NCBI GenBank assembly: GCA_977016875.1
Contig: CDRNST010000308.1
Location: 434,001 to 498,000, forward strand
Source of the DNA: Pavona decussata
Taxonomy: Eukaryota
Direction of reading: 5' to 3'
DNA: 64,000 nt
Part shown: piece after piece, positions 58,701 through 64,000 of the stretch
How the letters are laid out: each line of letters opens with the position of its first letter
Numbering within the stretch: position 1 is the stretch's first letter
The notes under the pieces: generated by a model
Seen by the model: the letters and a program-made list of their open reading frames with translations, nothing else
The model's database searches: none
What the model was told of the DNA's origin: nothing
Program-made: the position numbers and the translations under genes

Positions 58701-60538
58701 TGCTCAGAGACATAAGCTTTTAAAACATACTTGCATTCGATTAACCTTATTCCAGAATAAGAAGAAGTGGAATAGCTTGTTTTAAGTAATTTGAGAAGCC
58801 ATTTCTGCAAACTTTCGCCGGCACGAAACAATTTATAATTTAAGAGCCATCTTGTACTCCAGTAACTCCTAAAACCTCTTATGAGGGATTTCCTATCATG
58901 TTGTATGTATTCCTATTCTGGAATAAGGTCAATCAAGCATACCCTAAGTCTTGCACTCAAATTTAAAAACTATAAAAGCATCTCAGGTTCATACACACTC
59001 ATGCCAACTCTATCTCCCGGATTATCCGGGAGTCTCCCGGATACGGAACGAATCTCCCGGTCTCCCGTACGGGTGACTAAATCTCCCGCATAAAAGCGAC
59101 TTGGCGCCTTTTTTACATAATAGGCTAGTATTTCAACTCAAATGTTCCATAAATTTAAGAAATATTGTGTCATGGTACATTTGCATAAGTGTTTTACCCA
59201 ATCTGCCACAAACTTTGACGGAAACCAAAGAAAATACGCTTTTTGTCATCATTGCAATATAAACGACTTTCTGATTGGATAAACGTTCAACCAATTAAAG
59301 AGCAGGACAAAAAAAGCTCGTGTTGGGTGAATCAATTATTTTTTGCCAACAAGGTGGGGGGGGGGGGGGTAAGTGCATCAATTTTGCTTAGGGGGGAGGG
59401 TAGGGTAATAAGGGGGGGGGGGGTTGCTCAGAAGAAAAATATCCAGATTTCAGATCTTCAGAGGTTGGCATCTCTGCATACATAAAGAGGGAAACTTCAC
59501 CTTGCTGTCTCACAATTATAGTTTTAACCAATCGTTATGTTTATGAGGGCTAATGTCACTTCAAATTATTAAAAGGGACCTGATTATTTATGTGGTGTGT
59601 GTGTCCATGGCTAATGACACATACCATCTCCATATGAGTATCATTTGTTGTGGGAGGGTGGTAATTTACTTAAAAGTGGTACTGTACAATAAATGTTGTA
59701 TAAATATTTTAGTGGCTTGACAGCTTGACAGCTAATGCCAGTGACTGAGGACCCACTAGCCCAGTGCTCCGGCCACAGTTGCACAGAGTGGATAACTTTA
59801 TCCAGCGGATAAGTCACATTCCAGCAAATAAAACGTATAACCGCAGTTGGAGTAAGCTTACATTTTATCTCCTGGATAGCAATTTATCCATCGAGTAAAG
59901 TTATCCGCTCTTTGAACAGCTGCCCGGCCAGGAGTACATCTGCTTTAACAAGAGGCCCTGTATTCTATAGTTTAGCACTTAATAGCTTCATAAGCATGTT
60001 GAATACTGAAAAACATATTGCTATTTCAGTGAATGATTGAAAATACAATAAAATTTTGTGACGAGGAATTTGGCGTCTCATGTTTCCATGACATCGATCA
60101 TTTATGAGCCTGTTCCCGCTCAATTTCAAAAACAAGAATCACATTTGTCTTCGTTAATTCTTTGAAATCCTCCATTGGGTAATGACACTGGAGCGTTTTT
60201 CAAACAGGGCATTTCCACAATGAACTCCTCAGTTCCTTCTTTAATGTCCTTACATTAAGCTTACGTACCTGACCAGACTGCCCTAAAGATGGCGGAACAG
60301 GCCGAAGTATCGCTCGAAAAACTTCGGAGTTTTCAGGTCTGTCATACAGGCGCGACTTCAAAGAGTCGATTGCAGCTCTACCATCGCTGATGTTGCTTTT
60401 TACAGGTTGTTTTTGCCGAAAAACGAGGTCCTTTCTGTGCTCTCTCCGAAAGAAACCAGTGCTTCCAGTTGGAGAAGAACGACAGTCTACCTCAGAATTG
60501 TGCGGGACGATGGGGTTTGTTTCGTCTGGATCTTCCAT
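2425..60538 (-). CDS. Axonemal dynein heavy chain, inner-arm single-headed DNAH6/DNAH14 group (DNAH14-like favoured); 52 coding exons in window, 3' end (AAA6, C-terminus) beyond left edge
   Basis: Hand-spliced GT-AG exons give 11,528 nt with consistent phases. Motifs: AAA1 [48 protein letters not shown]; AAA2 [26 protein letters not shown]; AAA3 [24 protein letters not shown]; AAA4 [19 protein letters not shown]; stalk; AAA5 [23 protein letters not shown]. Confidence 0.96.
3078..3250 (-). mobile_element. Degenerate copy of the tRNA-derived SINE at 8426
   Basis: Reverse-complement similarity (ATCGAATTGGAATTT...GAACCAACAA...ACTGCGCCAT). Confidence 0.75.
3352..3718 (-). CDS. Dynein HC exon 51 (AAA5; NPHFLPE...[14 protein letters not shown])
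   Basis: 367 nt, phase 0-1. Confidence 0.96.
3760..4000. mobile_element. Old, diverged Kolobok-type MITE (TTAAGGACGG family)
   Basis: TTAAGGACGG start, GTTCTGCGCAT, and internal blocks shared with 25083-25474. Confidence 0.6.
4010..4251. mobile_element. MITE with about 60-bp imperfect TIRs
   Basis: GACTGGGG.TAGTAGGGCT.TGACGTCAATACAGGAA mirrored by TTCCTGTATTGACGTCATAGCCCTACTATCCCCAGTC. Confidence 0.75.
4714..5163 (-). CDS. Dynein HC exon 50 (AAA5; AYLGAFT...RWPLLIDPQ)
   Basis: 450 nt, phase 0-0. Confidence 0.96.
5500..5650 (+). mobile_element. Possible eroded RTE-type LINE C-terminal fragment
   Basis: Frameshifted translation LEHML...[16 protein letters not shown] resembles the RTE pattern GHVLR...W.P.GKR.RGRP.ETWRR. 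Confidence 0.3.
5861..6016 (-). CDS. Dynein HC exon 49 (stalk CC2)
   Basis: 156 nt, phase 0-0; RLQRASVL. Confidence 0.93.
6367..6620 (+). repeat. About 105-bp tandem repeat (AAATGAAAGCTACTGAACAGTACTTTCC...), about 2.4 units
   Basis: Direct units at about 6367 and 6477; related degenerate units at about 27700-27800 and 40010-40620. Confidence 0.8.
6690..6902 (-). CDS. Dynein HC exon 48 (MTBD / CC2; [11 protein letters not shown])
   Basis: 213 nt, phase 0-0. Confidence 0.95.
7637..8017 (-). CDS. Dynein HC exon 47 (stalk CC1 / microtubule-binding domain)
   Basis: 381 nt; [16 protein letters not shown]. Confidence 0.95.
8426..8672 (+). mobile_element. tRNA-derived SINE, near full length, with V/Meta-like central domain
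   Basis: A box TGGCGCAGTGG (8438), B box GGTTCGATTCC (8481), core TTTTCTCCGAGTACTCCGGTTTTCTCC, AAATAAAG tail; partial minus copies at 3078, about 6220 and about 32630. Confidence 0.85.
8781..9434 (-). CDS. Dynein HC exon 46 (AAA4 to stalk CC1; [11 protein letters not shown])
   Basis: 654 nt, phase 0-0. Confidence 0.95.
9958..10281 (-). CDS. Dynein HC exon 45 (AAA4 P-loop GVGGTGKAT)
   Basis: 324 nt, phase 0-0, AAG acceptor. Confidence 0.92.
11367..11672 (-). CDS. Dynein HC exon 44 ([11 protein letters not shown])
   Basis: 306 nt, phase 0-0. Confidence 0.94.
12125..12344 (-). CDS. Dynein HC exon 43 ([19 protein letters not shown])
   Basis: 220 nt, phase 2-0. Confidence 0.96.
13050..13202. 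repeat. Palindromic repeat (TTAAGCAGTTGCGAAAA...TTTTCGCAACTGCTTAA); related longer copy at about 56130-56400
   Basis: Inverted arms visible directly. Confidence 0.65.
13339..13556 (-). CDS. Dynein HC exon 42 ([11 protein letters not shown]...QPPLELLRQ...APPGGGR)
   Basis: 218 nt, phase 0-2. Confidence 0.96.
13914..15020 (-). CDS. Dynein HC exon 41 (AAA2 lid to AAA3 Walker A GETGVGKS)
   Basis: 1107 nt, phase 0-0; [18 protein letters not shown]. Confidence 0.95.
15350..15418 (-). CDS. Dynein HC exon 40 ([14 protein letters not shown])
   Basis: 69 nt, phase 0-0. Confidence 0.93.
15812..16022. mobile_element. Penelope-derived non-autonomous element with hammerhead-like motif
   Basis: TAGTTTCTAAAGAAACCGTGGTGCTGCGTCGG tail and CTGACGAAGGGCTTACGCTCGAGAC; same family as 28292, 30507, 37553. 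Confidence 0.65.
16583..16800. mobile_element. MITE with AGAGAGATTTA / TAAATCTCTCT termini
   Basis: Terminal inverted repeats. Confidence 0.55.
16851..16973 (-). CDS. Dynein HC exon 39 (LCLANGERI...[14 protein letters not shown])
   Basis: 123 nt, phase 0-0. Confidence 0.96.
17271..17410 (-). CDS. Dynein HC exon 38 ([24 protein letters not shown])
   Basis: 140 nt, phase 1-0. Confidence 0.94.
18005..18890 (+). repeat. Compound tandem repeat: (CAGT)n tracts inside three higher-order units of about 170-300 bp
   Basis: CAGGCAGCCTTTACTA...AAAACGTCAGTCGTTCAGTCAGCTAGTAA recurs at about 18117, 18284 and 18556. Confidence 0.92.
18641..18757. mobile_element. 117-bp Harbinger-type MITE with CAG target-site duplication
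   Basis: TIR GGCTGAGTTGCTCGAAGCATGGTT / AACCATGCTTCGAGCAACTGGGCC; CAG at 18638 and 18758; empty site in the neighbouring repeat unit. Confidence 0.9.
18993..19284 (-). CDS. Dynein HC exon 37 ([13 protein letters not shown]...EWKDGLL plus Ser/Thr-rich insert)
   Basis: 292 nt, phase 0-1. Confidence 0.93.
19530..19696. mobile_element. Palindromic MITE
   Basis: Inverted arms GAGCCTCATTAAGAAAG / CTTTCATAATGAGGTTC. Confidence 0.55.
20260..20550 (-). CDS. Dynein HC exon 36 (AAA2 Walker [10 protein letters not shown] plus Gln-rich insert)
   Basis: 291 nt, phase 0-0; VRHGVMLVG. Confidence 0.93.
21010..21184 (-). CDS. Dynein HC exon 35 ([13 protein letters not shown]...DLFPG)
   Basis: 175 nt, phase 2-0. 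Confidence 0.94.
22079..22152 (-). CDS. Dynein HC exon 34 ([14 protein letters not shown])
   Basis: 74 nt, phase 0-2. Confidence 0.95.
22873..23059 (-). CDS. Dynein HC exon 33 ([21 protein letters not shown])
   Basis: 187 nt, phase 2-0. Confidence 0.96.
23176..23885. mobile_element. 710-bp Kolobok-type element with about 170-bp TIRs and TTAA TSD, inserted into a tRNA-derived repeat
   Basis: TTAA|GGTTAC...GTAACC|TTAA; long mirrored arms (TAGCGCGTCC.GTTTAAACTGTAGA, GCTTATAGAGCTG). Confidence 0.88.
24590..24658 (-). CDS. Dynein HC exon 32 ([22 protein letters not shown])
   Basis: 69 nt, phase 2-2. Confidence 0.95.
25083..25474. mobile_element. Kolobok-type MITE (about 392 bp), TTAA TSD
   Basis: TTAA|GGACGGTGCCTACTA...TAGTAGGCACCGTCC|TTAA; RR..YY termini; orientation opposite to the three copies below. 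Confidence 0.92.
25514..25659 (-). CDS. Dynein HC exon 31 (AAA1 Walker [17 protein letters not shown])
   Basis: 146 nt, phase 0-2. Confidence 0.96.
26219..26272 (-). CDS. Dynein HC exon 30 ([18 protein letters not shown])
   Basis: 54 nt, phase 0-0; too short for the ORF track. Confidence 0.95.
26384..26572 (-). mobile_element. Second tRNA-derived SINE-like family with an internal tRNA-like segment
   Basis: Minus strand TAGCTCAGTGGTAGAGCATCCG...AGGTTCG; other copies at 23131-23937 (split), 32100-32220 and 52090-52290. Confidence 0.75.
26995..27226 (-). CDS. Dynein HC exon 29 (AAA1 Walker [17 protein letters not shown])
   Basis: 232 nt, phase 2-0; YGYEYLG...[12 protein letters not shown] and P-loop. 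Confidence 0.97.
27890..28140 (-). CDS. Dynein HC exon 28 ([12 protein letters not shown]...DFEWT)
   Basis: 251 nt, phase 0-2. Confidence 0.93.
28292..28482. mobile_element. Penelope-derived element, internally deleted
   Basis: GCCACAGTAAAGA...TTTCGAG...AGCCCTTCG|CATCTCTTTACGGTGGC...CCCACCAACGCAG. Confidence 0.6.
28491..28770 (+). mobile_element. Crypton-like non-autonomous relic
   Basis: 18-bp IR TTTTAGTATAAATCTACT / AGTAGATTTATACTAAAA, terminal hairpin ACAATTAGAT / ATCTAATTGT, short ORF stub [16 protein letters not shown]. Confidence 0.5.
29442..29613. mobile_element. TA-flanked palindromic MITE nested in a degenerate TTAAGGACGG-family copy (about 29340-29715)
   Basis: TAACCTGCATAGCTGGCGGTTTTGTTCGC / GCGAACAAAACCGCCAGCTACGCAGGCTA. 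Confidence 0.85.
29903..30325. mobile_element. Harbinger-type MITE (GTTGTTCAAAG...CTTTGAACAAC family, CTG-flanked) with a nested TA-MITE at 29987-30169
   Basis: TIRs seen; sibling copies without the insert at 33992-34119, 46282-46470 and about 59760-59930. Confidence 0.8.
30337..30424 (-). CDS. Dynein HC exon 27 ([14 protein letters not shown])
   Basis: 88 nt, phase 2-0. Confidence 0.92.
30507..30716. mobile_element. Penelope-derived palindromic element with hammerhead-like core on the minus strand
   Basis: GGTAAATTGGCCACCGTAAAG...CTTTACAGTGGCCAAT arms; minus strand CTGACTAAGGGCTGACGCTCGAAAC. Confidence 0.7.
30773..30847 (-). CDS. Dynein HC exon 26 ([13 protein letters not shown])
   Basis: 75 nt, phase 2-2. 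Confidence 0.92.
31706..32094. mobile_element. Kolobok-type MITE (TTAAGGACGG family), right TIR 4 nt short
   Basis: TTAA|GGACGGTGCC...GTAGGCACC|TTAA. Confidence 0.9.
32348..32466 (-). CDS. Dynein HC exon 25 ([10 protein letters not shown]...MTSEEGE)
   Basis: 119 nt, phase 0-2. Confidence 0.93.
32844..32948 (-). CDS. Dynein HC exon 24 ([26 protein letters not shown])
   Basis: 105 nt, phase 0-0, AAG acceptor; hallmark motif. Confidence 0.95.
33594..33655 (-). CDS. Dynein HC exon 23 ([20 protein letters not shown])
   Basis: 62 nt, phase 1-0, AAG acceptor. Confidence 0.88.
34260..34369 (-). CDS. Dynein HC exon 22 ([16 protein letters not shown])
   Basis: 110 nt, phase 2-1. Confidence 0.93.
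34903..35024 (-). CDS. Dynein HC exon 21 ([22 protein letters not shown])
   Basis: 122 nt, phase 0-2; conserved linker motif. Confidence 0.93.
35935..36093 (-). CDS. Dynein HC exon 20 (linker; GSRFVTPIK)
   Basis: 159 nt, phase 0-0. Confidence 0.92.
36160..36614. mobile_element. Degenerate Kolobok-like MITE
   Basis: CTTAAAGTGCAACTAAC versus reverse complement CTTACAGTGCGAATAAC. Confidence 0.45.
36777..36857 (-). CDS. Dynein HC exon 19 ([17 protein letters not shown])
   Basis: 81 nt, phase 0-0. Confidence 0.9.
37324..37394 (+). repeat. (AATC)n microsatellite, about 17 units
   Basis: Perfect tetranucleotide run. Confidence 0.97.
37553..37716. mobile_element. Penelope-derived element with degenerate hammerhead-like cores on both strands
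   Basis: GACGTTTCGAGTGTCAACCCTTGGTCAGAGCGAAT...GACGAAGAGCCAACGCTCGAAATGTCAGC. Confidence 0.65.
37744..37934 (-). CDS. Dynein HC exon 18 (LPPNKVVP...[11 protein letters not shown])
   Basis: 191 nt, phase 1-0; conserved RHW motif. Confidence 0.92.
37890..38287. repeat. Diverged tandem duplication (period about 220 bp) spanning the exon 18 acceptor
   Basis: 37890-38063 aligns with 38110-38287 (TCACCTTCTG, CAACTTTGTT, TAATGGGAGACTT, ATGAGGTTA.GTTCGATT, ATTACCG.AAATTA). Confidence 0.85.
38596..38828 (-). CDS. Dynein HC exon 17 ([20 protein letters not shown]; start of linker region)
   Basis: 233 nt, phase 2-1. Confidence 0.9.
38878..39275. mobile_element. pogo/Tigger-like MITE relic
   Basis: CAGTGGAACC start; repeated GTATTAAGCGGG motifs; GTCCGTAAAGCGGG end. 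Confidence 0.5.
39398..39687 (-). CDS. Dynein HC exon 16
   Basis: 290 nt, phase 0-2. Confidence 0.88.
40651..40869 (-). CDS. Dynein HC exon 15 ([11 protein letters not shown])
   Basis: 219 nt, phase 0-0. Confidence 0.88.
41247..41420 (-). CDS. Dynein HC exon 14 (RVGLFHVD...CLPFP)
   Basis: 174 nt, phase 0-0. Confidence 0.85.
41526..42367. mobile_element. About 840-bp non-autonomous TIR element with poly-C/poly-G inside the TIRs
   Basis: GCGCCGATCAAATCGAAACTTCAACATCCCCC / GGGGTGATGTTGAAGTTTCGAGTTGATCGGCGC. Confidence 0.85.
43178..43300 (-). CDS. Dynein HC exon 13
   Basis: 123 nt, pyrimidine-rich CAG acceptor, phase 0-0. Confidence 0.8.
43920..44204 (-). CDS. Dynein HC exon 12 (EFESALL...[15 protein letters not shown])
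   Basis: 285 nt, phase 0-0. Confidence 0.85.
44501..45898 (+). repeat. 1.4-kb minisatellite of 12/13-bp variant units (CAGTGAAT + GGCT/GGCC/CAGCC/GACCC/CACCC/GACCA)
   Basis: Directly visible. Confidence 0.97.
46014..46219 (-). CDS. Dynein HC exon 11
   Basis: 206 nt, phase 1-0. Confidence 0.75.
47229..47378 (-). CDS. Dynein HC exon 10
   Basis: 150 nt, phase 1-1, GTAAGT donor. Confidence 0.75.
47800..47847 (-). CDS. Dynein HC exon 9 (48-nt symmetric exon, [15 protein letters not shown])
   Basis: TAG acceptor, G|GTGAGG donor, phase 1-1; could be skipped in frame. Confidence 0.55.
47872..48264. mobile_element. Kolobok-type MITE (TTAAGGACGG family), TTAA TSD
   Basis: Perfect 15-bp TIRs with TTAA on both sides. 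Confidence 0.92.
48434..48647. mobile_element. piggyBac-type MITE (TTAA|CC...GG|TTAA)
   Basis: TTAACCCTTT...AAAAGGTTAA; related relics near 8077, 17040-17094 and 47430-47716. Confidence 0.6.
48743..48919 (-). CDS. Dynein HC exon 8 ([25 protein letters not shown])
   Basis: 177 nt, phase 1-1. Confidence 0.85.
49396..49577. mobile_element. MITE ending TATGGATATTTTCTGGAACTACACA; sibling at 55783-55975
   Basis: Shared termini between copies. Confidence 0.65.
49601..49706 (-). CDS. Dynein HC exon 7 ([25 protein letters not shown]...)
   Basis: 106 nt; the only candidate I found giving the required phase 0-1; weak GTCATA donor. Confidence 0.65.
50305..50463. mobile_element. MITE TTGAAGGG.GTGC...GCACC.CTTCA; sibling at 53272-53432
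   Basis: Two similar copies with short TIRs. Confidence 0.75.
50898..51165 (-). CDS. Dynein HC exon 6 (...[11 protein letters not shown]...VQEACE)
   Basis: 268 nt, phase 2-0. Confidence 0.85.
52306..52698. mobile_element. Kolobok-type MITE (TTAAGGACGG family), TTAA TSD
   Basis: Perfect 15-bp TIRs with TTAA on both sides. Confidence 0.92.
52732..52794 (-). CDS. Dynein HC exon 5 ([13 protein letters not shown])
   Basis: 63 nt, phase 2-2; inner-arm tail WK..W..NV pattern. Confidence 0.85.
53495..53598 (-). CDS. Dynein HC exon 4 ([15 protein letters not shown]...FAKF)
   Basis: 104 nt, phase 0-2, GTGAGA donor. Confidence 0.85.
53688..55413. mobile_element. 1.7-kb non-autonomous DNA transposon, TA TSD, CAGT termini (Tc1/mariner-superfamily-like)
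   Basis: TA|CAGTACCACCTAGAACTATAGACCCAT ... ATGGGTCAATAGTTCCAGGCGGTACTG|TA (24/27 TIR match); GC-rich CCGCGG subterminal motifs. Confidence 0.85.
56932..57423 (-). CDS. Dynein HC exon 3 (tail; FLYCLP...YNPYDL)
   Basis: 492 nt, phase 0-0; YNPYDL motif recalled from DNAH6/14-type N-termini. Confidence 0.85.
57785..58114 (-). CDS. Dynein HC exon 2 (N-terminal tail)
   Basis: CAG acceptor, CAG|GTAAAT donor, 330 nt, phase 0-0. Confidence 0.7.
58996..59476. mobile_element. hAT-like MITE (ATGCCAAC...GTTGGCATCTCTG) with TCTCCCG subterminal repeats
   Basis: Short TIRs; imperfect 8-bp flanks CATACACA / CATACATA. Confidence 0.65.
60269..60538 (-). CDS. Dynein HC exon 1 (putative start, MEDPDETNP...GQSGQ)
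   Basis: ATG at 60538, open frame to CAG|GTACGT donor, phase 0 matches the next exon; low-complexity N-terminus with no motif support. Confidence 0.6.
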
Positions 60539-60559
60539 TTGGCGCTATAAAAAACGCTT

Positions 60560-60800
60560 TCTTGATAACTTGTTTAAGCCTTGTAAATGAATTTTGATGC
60601 CATCCATTCTTTCATGAGATGGGCCAGTACAAATGAGTTATCAGAGTTGACAAAATTTTCTGTTTACCATTACTTCAACATTTTTTTGGCTGCAAAAGGC
60701 CGTAGTAAAGTCCTTTCTTACGAGCTCATTGATTGGTTTATTCGGAAATCCTGCTTTTTGTTATAAAACTATGTGTCATTGGTTACTTTCACAATAAAGT
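60560..60800 (-). promoter_or_regulatory. Candidate dynein promoter: two CCAAT boxes (60732, 60778) and a forkhead-type TGTTTAC (60661)
   Basis: Motif presence just upstream of the ATG only; TSS unknown; an acceptor-like TTTTTTATAG at 60545 could instead indicate an upstream UTR exon. Confidence 0.3.
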
Positions 60801-61887
60801 CACGACAGCCGACAGGCATGATGTTTTTAGCCCTAGGAACGAGGTTCTAAAATATTTTTTTCGAGGATGAGCCAGAACTAACGGTGTATTTCATAAAGCA
60901 TTTTTTTTTAAAGAAAAATAGCAATTTTCATAAAACAAGAAGCAGCTGTCTTCAGATATTATTCATGAGCCGAGGGTCTTTGTGTCAGGGATGGGGTGGG
61001 CAGGGAAGTTGTCCAACAAATTTTAGGTTTAACCGTTTTAGATATTTGTTTCTGAGGATTAACACGTACATATACAGAATTACTGTCAATTTTCAGAGTC
61101 TGATTAGGGTAATATAGGTCAGCAATGCAACTTCCTGTAATTGTGGGCCCTACATTCTTAATTACCCAATGGCATATCCTGATCTTCAAGTAAGTGGGGC
61201 CCAGCTCTTGAATGTTAAACTTGCTATACTCTTCATGAAACAAAATATCTTGGCACCTTGCCCCTGGGGGTCGTGGTTTTGGTGTAAAAAAAAAAAGAAG
61301 AAACCCAGGCCCCTTCCGTAATCAAGGCCCCAATAACTGACTTGAAATAGGCTTCATTTGATATATTAAAATTAAGCAATTTTGCTTAATTTTGTCAGCT
61401 TTATATTTCTTATTTCATTTACATGTATATTTAACAGCCTACAAAACTAAAATTGTTCCTTGAAAATTACATGCTCTGAAAATTAAAAGGGACACAACTA
61501 CCTGAAGTGACTGGCCACAGGCAACATTGCAGACAGCATTGTGGATGAATGGAGATTCCCTGTGGTTTGGTTTTCAGTTGTTTGAGAAAAGTGAAAATTA
61601 ATCGCTTGAAAGAACTCTTGGAGAACAAGATTTGCTGAAGATCCAAAGTTTAAAGTCAATTGGCTGCTTTAGGAGCCACCACTAATAAAAAAAAGTCAAT
61701 GAACAACATGCTTTCAGTTTGTCATATGTTTATTCAGTGACATCTACTTAAGTTTTTATGGATATTAATTAGATTAAACTGCACCCCTCAGTGTTACCTA
61801 AAATTTTGCATAAAAAGGTGCAGCTTATACATGGACTTTTACGCTAGATCAGACTCAACATTAATTTCAGCTTCAATTGAACTTTCC

Positions 61888-62038
61888 CTCTCTCCTCTGT
61901 AGAGGCTTCTTTGGCTCGTGAGCGGAGACAGATAAGGGACTAGAGAGAGTGTAATATATGAGGAGCACGGGGGACGATCGTCCTTTTTATGTCCTCCCAT
62001 TTCCTTTTTTTATAAAGGAGCCTCTGCGGAGGAGAGAG
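61888..62038. mobile_element. 151-bp MITE with perfect 9-bp TSD (Mutator-like)
   Basis: GAACTTTCC|CTCTCTCCTCTGTAGAGGCT...AGCCTCTGCGGAGGAGAGAG|GAACTTTCC. Confidence 0.88.
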
Positions 62039-63068
62039 GAACTTTCCCCAGAGCCACAAAGGGCCTTCAAGCCCTAATCTCCACATGTATATTTGCAATA
62101 CTGCTGTCCAAAGAACTCTTATAGCACCATCATCAGGACTTTTTAACTTTGGTGATCATTTCTTTTCTTCAGCTTATGACCTGCACGTTTTATCAAGTAG
62201 TAATACTATAAGGAGAAATCACAAGCTGGTCACTTAACAGTATCCTCCTTTCGGGTCAGATTCTCAAAACCCTAAACATTCTTTAATAATAACAGCATGT
62301 TGTTGTCATTAGGCTATTGTATTTTTACATGAATATGAATGCAGCTATTTCAATTAACATTGTTGGATCAAAGCATAACACTACAAGACAAGACCACAAG
62401 GTTATATGGGACTTTATTATGAATAAATACATTAAAATCAGCGATGCCTCGCGCGTTCAGTGAAGATTTACGATGGTAAGCCACTTGGATGAAAGAAACG
62501 TTACAATATCAAGTGGTTGAGGTGGCAGCTGCTTTAAGGTTGCCACCAAGAACTACATCTCAAAAGTTTTAAATTTTGGAGAAGTGAAAGCAAACACCTG
62601 GAACCAGTGCTTAAACACCCCGAAAAGAAACTACAGCAACGACAATGCTGCAAAACAATAGGTTTAATGAGGAAAAACAATCGCCCTGCACGTCTTTTTT
62701 TAAATTTTGGTACATTATGTGAAATTTGAAACTAGTACTGTTTTCAAAGAAATACACAAGAAAACTAACAAATCCCTTTAAACACCAAAGAAATAGCACA
62801 AAGGACACCATACCCCCAGGCAAGATTTCCACACAGCCCCACACATTAATTAAGTATACATTGTCTGAATCAAACTCTATTCACCCTCGCTGTTTGTGGA
62901 AGACGGTTTGTATGACAGTGGTACATGAATAATTAATGTATAGGAAATCTTTTCCACCCCTGCAAACAAACAGCGTGTAGTTTGTTTTCCAAGGTACTTC
63001 AAACAAACATTAATAATTATTAATAGCACTAGAACATCCCTAACTTTTACTTTTCGAATCTACATGTA

Positions 63069-63318
63069 TGGGACATTCCACTTTTTTATCTACAGCCCCC
63101 TCAGGATGTTTGGGATCCGACACATCAAATTTTTCTTGACACCCTATGACCCTTTGAAGAAAAATATCAAGGGTTTTTTTTATGGTGCCTTTCAAAAATT
63201 AATCTAAAGCTCCCAAATTTTGATGGCTCCTTTGAGAAAAAGCCTATACCCTCTCAAGAAAAACTTATCATATGAGTTACATGTCGGAGGAGGGTGAAGC
63301 TAAAAAATGGAGTGCCCG
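63069..63318. mobile_element. MITE GGGACATTCCACTTTTT...AAAAAATGGAGTGCCC
   Basis: Imperfect TIRs. Confidence 0.5.
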
Positions 63319-64000
63319 TAAGCCTCATAGGACTCCCATGCAGCCGTTATTAGGAGTCACATCACCTAATTCCCACAAACTCCTGCTCACCAGAGGTCGG
63401 CATTCACTTGGCAACGCTTGCCATCTAGCCAAAGACACATCTCGGAATTGAACTGTTAAAAACATCCATTTTCACAAAATACCTCAAAGGTTGGACTAAA
63501 AGAAATGTTTTCTCTAACCCAGTCAATGGATACTGTGGATTGATTTGAGTAATTCAAAAACAATACAAAACAAATTCAAAACAAATAAAAGCTACCATTG
63601 TAGGTTAGTGTGCGAGTCCATAGCAACGTGTGCTTATAAATTAAACCTGCCAAGCCATTTTTGTGTGAAATTTCGATACATTCAATGGATAGGAATATCC
63701 TCTAGTTTGCCGAGAGATAGGCTCTTACAGTTTGGTCATGACTAGCTTTTTAGCTTTAGAAAAAACATTTTCAAAAACATCTTGACTTAAAATATTAAAA
63801 TTGCACAGCTTCCCGCTCTTTATAATTTCAAAATAATTCATTCATTGAAACTATTTTGAAGACGGCCTTAAAACTGTTATTACTGATTGAACGCATGTGT
63901 TCCTCGCATGCATGCGGTTCATAGCATGACTTGAAAATTTTCAACTTTGAGTATATAATTATGTCACCAAAACTGACACACACCGTTCGGTGGCTGCATA

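Noticed and set aside
60800-64000. Divergent neighbouring gene upstream of dynein
   Set aside because: Only short ORFs and repeat fragments; no supportable exons.

Overview
Eukaryotic genomic DNA, AT-rich and MITE-dense. The repeat families resemble those of cnidarian (probably stony coral) genomes; this is an inference. Almost the whole window is one minus-strand axonemal dynein heavy chain gene of the single-headed inner-arm DNAH6/DNAH14 group, with DNAH14-like favoured but not proven. I reconstructed 52 GT-AG exons by hand from an ATG at 60538 down to 2425, totalling 11,528 nt (about 3,842 codons) with every intron phase consistent. They cover tail, linker, AAA1-AAA4, stalk/MTBD and AAA5; AAA6 and the C-terminus lie beyond the left edge. 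Introns hold TTAA-flanked Kolobok-type and piggyBac-type MITEs, CWG-flanked Harbinger-type MITEs, a 1.7-kb TA-flanked TIR element, two tRNA-derived SINE-like families, Penelope-derived elements with hammerhead-like cores, a Crypton-like relic, a 1.4-kb variant minisatellite and a compound CAGT repeat. A 9-bp-TSD MITE lies upstream of the gene. There is no prokaryote-type system (no CRISPR or operon) and no clearly novel protein-coding system. The most interesting leads are duplicated 'shadow' splice acceptors upstream of two exons, hammerhead cores disabled in the pre-mRNA sense, a young MITE family sitting close to splice sites, and nested insertions with in-window empty-site controls. All coordinates were counted by hand.
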